Shown here: piece by piece, positions 6,796 to 11,714 of the stretch
How the letters are laid out: each line of letters begins with the position of its first letter
How positions within the stretch are numbered: position 1 is the first letter of the stretch
Source: a virus
Reading direction: 5' to 3' (one strand)
Virus genome (UHGV): UHGV-0097019
DNA: 11,714 bases
Notes under the pieces: generated by a model
Database searches by the model: none
Seen by the model: the letters and a program-made list of their open reading frames with translations, nothing else
What the model was told of the DNA's origin: nothing
Program-made: the position numbers and the translations under genes

Positions 6796-7353
6796 ATGCA
6801 AACACTTTCTTTTCAACAGAATAACAGAGCGCCATCAGAGCACCTGAAATTCCAGTATCAACACAGTGAGGCTGAAGGCCAGCCGGTCGATCACCGGGCT
6901 ATCTGTTCTGCCGTCCGCGCCTGGGCGGCGGCAGAGGGCCGCGTGGCGGTCGCTCTGGCGATTAAAGAGGCTGCCGAACAGGCCGAGCTTGACAGCATTG
7001 ACATGACCGGCAGCGCCGATGTGTGGAACGTGAAGCTGTTTCGCTGGCTGGACAACCACGAGAAATCACCGGCCTACCGGGCGAACGTCGAGCAGCTGGC
7101 GCCGGTAATAATTTCGGTTCTGCCGCTGGCGTACCGGGATCGCGTGATTAAGCACGACTGCTTTGCGGTTCGTGTCGCCAGGTCGGTGAAAGAAGACGCT
7201 GAGGCGATACAGGCTGTCGTCCTCAAAGCCCCCAGACACGAACGGATGAAGGAAATCAGCGAGAGCATCGTAGCCAAGCTCTACCTGGACGGACCTGATT
7301 CTGTGGCGCCCATTATGGCGATGGTTACAACGATGCTGGGTGGTGCGCTATGA
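6796..7353 (+). CDS. YdaT-like / CII-like regulatory protein
   Basis: 185 aa, AGGAG Shine-Dalgarno 9 nt upstream, 11 nt after the ydaS-like stop. Assignment rests mainly on synteny (racR-ydaS-ydaT arrangement) plus loose similarity; not verified. Confidence 0.5.
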   Translation: MQTLSFQQNNRAPSEHLKFQYQHSEAEGQPVDHRAICSAVRAWAAAEGRVAVALAIKEAAEQAELDSIDMTGSADVWNVKLFRWLDNHEKSPAYRANVEQLAPVIISVLPLAYRDRVIKHDCFAVRVARSVKEDAEAIQAVVLKAPRHERMKEISESIVAKLYLDGPDSVAPIMAMVTTMLGGAL

Positions 7354-7437
7354 CGGGCTCAGAAATGGCGAAAGCCGCGGTGCTCGAACACCAACGGCTT
7401 TCAGGTGCAAAAACTGTGCGTAATTGCGGAGAACAGT

Positions 7438-8349
7438 ATGTCAAATACCGCTGAAATATTCAAATTCCCCACACAGCAGGGGAAACAGGAGAGCAGCATG
7501 GCTGAACTGGAGAAAGGCTATTTGCGCCTGGCCAACCAGATTCAGGATGCCCTGTGTATCGTCGAACTATCCGGGCGCGAGTTCCGGGTGCTGAATGCTA
7601 TCGTTCGTCTGACCTATGGCTGGTCTAAGAGTTCTGACCGCATCGCCAATAGCCTCATTGCAGATAAAACGACGCTGAAGGTGAAACACGTCTCTGAAGC
7701 CGTGTTGAGCCTTGCCTATCGGAACATCATCATCCTGCGCCGCATTGGGCAAACCAGATACATAGGGATTAATACCAGCCTGGATAAATGGGCGTATACC
7801 AAGCCAAATTGCATGAAGTGTCCAGCGGTGTTTCCTGCTGCTGAAGTTGTCACATGGGTTATTACCATCCCTGAATTCAGGGATAGCAATTTTACCCCTT
7901 CAATCATCCCTGAAAACGGGGATAACCATCCCCAAAAACAGGGAGAGGTATCCCTGAAAACAGGGAACACCAAAGACATTCTTCCAAATACAAATATAAA
8001 TACAGATCTAACCCCCTCTAATCCCCCAAAGGGGAAGGGTAAGTTTGACCCGCTGACGATTCCCGTTCCTGAGTGGCTTGATTCTGTGTCCTGGAGTGAG
8101 TGGGTGGCCTACCGCCAACAGTCTGGCAAAGCCATCAAGACCGAAATGACGGTCACCAAAGCATTCAAGTTGCTCAAGGCTTGCCTGGACGCTGGGCATG
8201 ACCCCGTTGATGTGATCAACACCAGTATCGCCAACGGGTACCAGGGACTGTTTAAACCGAAGTTCGCTCTCAACGCTCGCAAAACGGGCAGGGATGTGAA
8301 CCGCATTTCTGAGCCAGACAAAACAATCCCACCCGGATTCAGGGGGTAA
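7438..8349 (+). CDS. Replication initiator with lambda O-like N-terminal domain
   Basis: 303 aa from ATG 7438 (GGAGAA Shine-Dalgarno; the track starts at GTG 7405). N-terminus NTAEIFKFP...LSGREFRVLNAIVRLTYGWSKSSDRIANSLIADKTTL matches the Phage_rep_O N-terminal pattern. Iterons lie in the linker-coding part, as in lambda O. Confidence 0.8.
   Translation: MSNTAEIFKFPTQQGKQESSMAELEKGYLRLANQIQDALCIVELSGREFRVLNAIVRLTYGWSKSSDRIANSLIADKTTLKVKHVSEAVLSLAYRNIIILRRIGQTRYIGINTSLDKWAYTKPNCMKCPAVFPAAEVVTWVITIPEFRDSNFTPSIIPENGDNHPQKQGEVSLKTGNTKDILPNTNINTDLTPSNPPKGKGKFDPLTIPVPEWLDSVSWSEWVAYRQQSGKAIKTEMTVTKAFKLLKACLDAGHDPVDVINTSIANGYQGLFKPKFALNARKTGRDVNRISEPDKTIPPGFRG
7867..7967. repeat. Lambda-type replication origin iterons inside the O-like gene: four 18-bp dyad-symmetric repeats, followed by a moderately AT-rich stretch to about 8010
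   Basis: ATCCCTGAATTCAGGGAT (7867-7884), ATCCCTGAAAACGGGGAT (7906-7923), ATCCCCAAAAACAGGGAG (7928-7945), ATCCCTGAAAACAGGGAA (7950-7967); the last three are spaced 22 bp. Close to the lambda ori iteron consensus TCCCTCAAAACGAGGGA (from memory). Confidence 0.65.
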
Positions 8350-8351
8350 GC

Positions 8352-8690
8352 ATGCCAAGACCAAATACACCAGAAGAGCAGGCGGCACTTATCCGGGTGA
8401 TCATCGAAGAGGTGAAAATCCGTGGACGCTTAACCGTTAGCGAGGCATCACAGATGTTGTCGCTGCATCGTCAGACTGCTGAGAAGTATTTCCGCGTAGC
8501 AGCCGAACGCGGCGAACTCATTCGTTACGGTCGTCTAGATTTGTTCAGGGACCCAAAGGCTGTAATTGATTTCGATCTCCAACGATTCTCATACGGTTCG
8601 AGTAAGCCTCTGATTGAGTTACCAGCAGATTTTCGGGGAAGTGCGGTTATGCGTCGGGTTATAGATATCGTGGGGAGGATGCCAGCATGA
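8352..8690 (+). CDS. Hypothetical protein with HTH-like segment, immediately after the O-like gene
   Basis: 112 aa; ATG 2 nt after the O-like stop with a G-rich Shine-Dalgarno. LTVSEASQMLSLHRQTAEKYF looks like a helix-turn-helix. Not a recognisable P/DnaC-type helicase loader. Confidence 0.55.
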   Translation: MPRPNTPEEQAALIRVIIEEVKIRGRLTVSEASQMLSLHRQTAEKYFRVAAERGELIRYGRLDLFRDPKAVIDFDLQRFSYGSSKPLIELPADFRGSAVMRRVIDIVGRMPA

Positions 8691-8881
8691 CAACCGAAAA
8701 ACTGGCGTTGAATTATGACCCAGCCGATCCCGACAAGATGCGATTACCGGCTGGCATAACATGTGGTAATTGCCACCATATCCATCGTTGTAAAGCAATT
8801 TTTGGACACACGGAGTCGAACACATATTGCGATTGGTCACCGTCGCGATTTACTGCTGGCATTGGCGTGAAGGGGGTGTGA
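8687..8881 (+). CDS. Small Cys/His-rich protein (putative zinc-binding)
   Basis: 64 aa; ATGA start/stop overlap with the previous gene. Contains CGNCHHIHRC...C. Confidence 0.5.
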   Translation: MTTEKLALNYDPADPDKMRLPAGITCGNCHHIHRCKAIFGHTESNTYCDWSPSRFTAGIGVKGV

Positions 8882-8885
8882 GTCA

Positions 8886-9086
8886 GTGGAAAAATGTAAT
8901 CGCTGTATAGTCGGCCTGATTGGGTCGCAGCCAGTTCTTTCCAGTGACTGGGCTAATGCGGTCGTAAATTTTGAAATCGTAATTGCTGACTGGAACGAGA
9001 AAACCAAACGCTTTGCCGTTCCGCATCCTGGATTCGCCCATAAGTTCAATTACTGCCCGCATTGCGGAAACAAGGTAGAGGACTAA
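8886..9086 (+). CDS. Small zinc-ribbon protein (CxxC...CxxC)
   Basis: 66 aa; GTG start 5 nt after the previous stop with AGGGGG upstream. CNRC near the N-terminus and CPHC near the C-terminus. Confidence 0.5.
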   Translation: MEKCNRCIVGLIGSQPVLSSDWANAVVNFEIVIADWNEKTKRFAVPHPGFAHKFNYCPHCGNKVED

Positions 9087-9089
9087 CCC

Positions 9090-9647
9090 ATGACAACTAA
9101 CAACCACCCGGCGCACGGTCCTGTATCACTTGATCGCTTGCACCAGATACGCGAAATACTCAGCAAAGCAGCAGCACAAAGCGACGGCGGTAATCTCGGC
9201 TACGCAATGGCTGATGCAGTGAAGGTGATTGATGGGGTTCTGGAGTCGATAGCCCGTGAGCAGGTACGCTGTGAACATGCAGCATGGTCAGATGAAACAT
9301 TCGGCGATGTCGGTCCAGTTGGTCCGCTGAAGCACCTTTCCAAAGAAGCTATCGAGGCTGCTGCGGAACCAGACGAGATGAGCGAATGGGCTGACATGCA
9401 ATTCCTGTTATGGGATGCGCAACGTCGTGCCGGTATCAGTGATAAGCAGATTACCCTGGCGATGGTAGAAAAGCTGGCGGTTAACAAAAACCGCCAGTGG
9501 CCAGAGCCGAAAGACGGTGAACCGCGACTGCATATCAAAGCGCAGTCAGAATCGGTGCTTCCTGGAATTGAATGCGATATCTGCGGACATGTATCTACTG
9601 ACCCAGAGGGACGGCACTACTACTGCGAGGATAACAGTAATGATTGA
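9090..9647 (+). CDS. DUF550-like protein (MazG-like nucleotide pyrophosphohydrolase family, predicted)
   Basis: 185 aa with GAGGA Shine-Dalgarno. The segment SEWADMQFLLWDAQRRAGISDKQITLAMVEKLAVNKNRQWPEPKDGEPRLHIK resembles DUF550 proteins common in lambdoid nin regions (from memory, unverified). Confidence 0.6.
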   Translation: MTTNNHPAHGPVSLDRLHQIREILSKAAAQSDGGNLGYAMADAVKVIDGVLESIAREQVRCEHAAWSDETFGDVGPVGPLKHLSKEAIEAAAEPDEMSEWADMQFLLWDAQRRAGISDKQITLAMVEKLAVNKNRQWPEPKDGEPRLHIKAQSESVLPGIECDICGHVSTDPEGRHYYCEDNSND

Positions 9648-9819
9648 TAAATACCGTTTGGAGAATATGCGACGCGAAAGCGGCGAAAAGGGAGAACTCG
9701 GGACATGCCGTTTGAAGGTGACATGCATAATGCCCTAGTCGATGCGAAACATCAGGCTATGTATGTCTCAGCCATCTGGAAGCTGCTAATCATCACCCCA
9801 GATAACAGCGAGGCATAAC

Positions 9820-10021
9820 ATGACTGAGCAACCTGATGATCTCCTCACTCCGGGCGAGGTATGCCAGAAGCTGGGAATTACGCAAAAAACATTATGTAAA
9901 TGGAATACAGAACACCGACACCGGTCTACATTGGCCCCGTGTAAAGTTCAGCGCTAAGATTGTTCGCTATGAGCGCCGTAGCATAGAAGCTTTTATCCAG
10001 AAATGCCGGAGCCAATATTGA
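9820..10021 (+). pseudogene. Frameshifted AlpA/excisionase-type HTH gene
   Basis: Frame A from ATG 9820 gives MTEQPDDLLTPGEVCQKLGITQKTLCKWNTEH..., then stops at 9955-9957. Frame +2 gives TPVYIGP around 9922-9940. Frame +1 gives PRVKFSAKIVRYERRSIEAFIQKCRSQY through 10021. Joined, they make a canonical ~68-aa HTH protein, implying two 1-nt frame changes near 9920-9930 and in the C-run at 9935-9938. Confidence 0.45.
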
Positions 10022-10029
10022 TCTAATGT

Positions 10030-10072
10030 GGGGCTATTGTTTTTTAACAAATGCCCCTCATTTAACTTTTTT
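10030..10072 (+). terminator. Possible intrinsic terminator after the HTH pseudogene
   Basis: Interrupted hairpin GGGGC-TA-TTGTT-TTTT-AACAA-AT-GCCCC (10030-10057) followed by a T-rich stretch TCATTTAACTTTTTT. The stem is bulged and the U-run is not contiguous. Confidence 0.35.
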
Positions 10073-10448
10073 GTGTGTTAAGTCCAATTCTGACCCCACA
10101 CATAAAATCACCAATACCTGCGCCAACACTGTTCCCATCAGCAACATAATCACCTTTGAAAGCTAATTTCCCATCCATATAGAAGAATCTTATCTCCCCA
10201 TATCCACTATCACAGTCGGCATCTTTAATACTAACTTTGTAGTACTCTACTTTTTTATTTTTTGTTTGATACATGAACAAGGCAGATGAATCACCTTTTA
10301 CATTTCTAAATGTGCCTTTTTTTGCTGAAAAAATGCCATCATCAGCTGTAGTAACCTCAACCCAGTTACTTGTCGTTTCAGCAAAAGCAACACTTGCAAC
10401 AAAAAGAGCAGAAAAGCCCAGTAATGCGATTTTCTTAGCCATAAACAA
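10062..10448 (-). CDS. Small secreted/periplasmic protein with N-terminal signal peptide
   Basis: 128 aa. MFMAKKIALLGFSALFVASVAFA-ETTS reads as a Sec signal peptide with an AxA cleavage site. Two Cys in the mature part. Strongly AT-rich. Confidence 0.6.
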   Translation of the reverse strand: MFMAKKIALLGFSALFVASVAFAETTSNWVEVTTADDGIFSAKKGTFRNVKGDSSALFMYQTKNKKVEYYKVSIKDADCDSGYGEIRFFYMDGKLAFKGDYVADGNSVGAGIGDFMCGVRIGLNTQKS

Positions 10449-10721
10449 TATTCCATTTATTTAGGATTTTTCTTGATTCTATCTGTGTTTTAAATAACGT
10501 TCAACTACACACCGCATGCCTTCTTAAATGGGCATGGAGAGCCATTCAACCCCGTAGCTTTAGCAACGCAACTTGCGCGAGAATGTTCCGCTTTTAAGTC
10601 GCAGCGAGACAAGACTCATGAGTAACATAAAGTTAACCCGCTACGTCGGTTTTTCACTCTCTATTGTATATGCTATTTTTTATGCAATAAGAGCGATTCG
10701 TAGGACTCTTCTGGGGAAGGT

Positions 10722-10919
10722 ATGGATTCAACAATCGACGAAGAAAAACGCATAGAATTTGAAAAATTCATCATTGAAAGGTTTGGTGATGCAGTTAATC
10801 TCCGCAGAGCGAAAAATGGCGGTAATGGATATATATCATGGGAGGCGGCTGTCGCATGGATTGTCTGGAGGGAGCGCTCATCCCATCATGAAGCAACGCC
10901 TACCTCTGACGGGAACTGA
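10722..10919 (+). CDS. Hypothetical small protein; coding status uncertain
   Basis: 65-aa ORF, MDSTIDEEKRIEFEKFIIERFGDAVNL..., with GGGGAAGG just upstream. Overlaps ORFs in another frame (10573-10755, 10759-11103), so it may be part of a decayed gene. Confidence 0.25.
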   Translation: MDSTIDEEKRIEFEKFIIERFGDAVNLRRAKNGGNGYISWEAAVAWIVWRERSSHHEATPTSDGN

Positions 10920-11142
10920 ATTAGTATGGTGCTGCCCGGAGCATCCTGTCATTCACTATGTACTCCCGCTTAGCCACGTCATTTTAGATTTGATTTTGGT
11001 CCACCATGAGCGAGAAGCGGACCTAGAGAGGCGTTGGTACCGCGAACATGGTCACAGCAAAGCCAGAGCTATTTGGTTGCTCCGAACAGAATATTTTAGT
11101 TAGGGCTCGAAACGAGACTGTCGTGAAAACCTTATGTCTCTT

Positions 11143-11714
11143 CTATCCTGCATCTTCTTCGACATTGTATTTTCGTTGCTCAATATCCCATGGAAGCGCA
11201 GGTTGTTTGCGAACTAGTTTTCTTTTGCCGTTTGAGAAAAAATAAGTTCTGAGTTCTAAAAAATGGCGGCGTTTTTTCGTTTGAGGCTCATAGGTGATAA
11301 GAAAAAAAATCAAAGGCCTGCTTGCTTCACTCCATATTCTACTTGCTTTTTCAATAACAATATTGATGTTTTCATGCTGACAATATGAGATGAATGTGGA
11401 GAAATAGCACTTGTCGTTTTTTTCAAGCAGTTTGTCTAACTCGTTAACGCTATCTCTGTCTGCCTGATTATACTCCCACTCAACATAGGTTAAAATTTGA
11501 TTGTCTGGATATTGTAGGACCGCATCGGTACGCCCGCCTTGTTCAAAAAATGTTCTTGCGCCCATTAACTTTGCACACTCGCGCATGACCAGGCCAACAT
11601 GAATGGTCCAGTTGGAACGGTTGATATATTCACCTTTGAACACAGGGAAATCTTGATACCACACACAATTAAACAGACAGATAAAATCGCGCTCTACTCG
11701 CTTCAACGCCTCCC
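11143..11714 (-). CDS. Hypothetical protein, probably 5'-truncated by the window edge
   Basis: ORF of at least 187 aa on the minus strand, still open at the window end (only a TTG at 11704-11706 inside the window). AT-rich. No family recognised. Confidence 0.45.
   Translation of the reverse strand, partial: EALKRVERDFICLFNCVWYQDFPVFKGEYINRSNWTIHVGLVMRECAKLMGARTFFEQGGRTDAVLQYPDNQILTYVEWEYNQADRDSVNELDKLLEKNDKCYFSTFISYCQHENINIVIEKASRIWSEASRPLIFFLITYEPQTKKRRHFLELRTYFFSNGKRKLVRKQPALPWDIEQRKYNVEEDAG

Noticed and set aside
7567-8388. Minus-strand ORFs within the O-like gene (7567-7752, 7716-7979, 8008-8388, 8109-8321)
   Set aside because: They are antisense to a confidently assigned replication gene and overlap its iteron region.
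9517-9818. Small ORFs between the DUF550-like gene and the HTH pseudogene (9517-9738, and a 37-codon ORF at 9705-9818)
   Set aside because: The first overlaps the DUF550-like gene out of frame. The second has a poorly spaced Shine-Dalgarno and no recognisable features. Left unannotated.

Overview
This window reads as the left arm, immunity region and start of the replication module of a lambdoid (Rac/Qin-like) enterobacterial prophage. All calls come from reading the translated ORFs and the DNA by eye; no database search or folding was possible. Layout, left to right: a P4-family tyrosine integrase (+) converging on a lambda-Xis-like excisionase (-); a leftward early operon (small ORFs, RecE-like exonuclease, RecT-like annealing protein) fed by a pL-like promoter; a DicA/RacR-like repressor (-) followed on the same strand by two uncharacterised genes and an intrinsic terminator; a divergent YdaS(Cro-like)/YdaT-like pair (+); an O-like replication initiator carrying lambda-type iterons; four small nin-like genes; a frameshifted AlpA/excisionase-type HTH gene; and an AT-rich right-hand segment with a signal-peptide protein and poorly resolved ORFs. 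The best candidate for an undescribed system is the two-gene cassette at 5200-6009, which sits in the lysogen-expressed slot that lambda uses for rexAB and other lambdoid prophages use for defence genes. No tRNA, rRNA, CRISPR array or transposase was seen.
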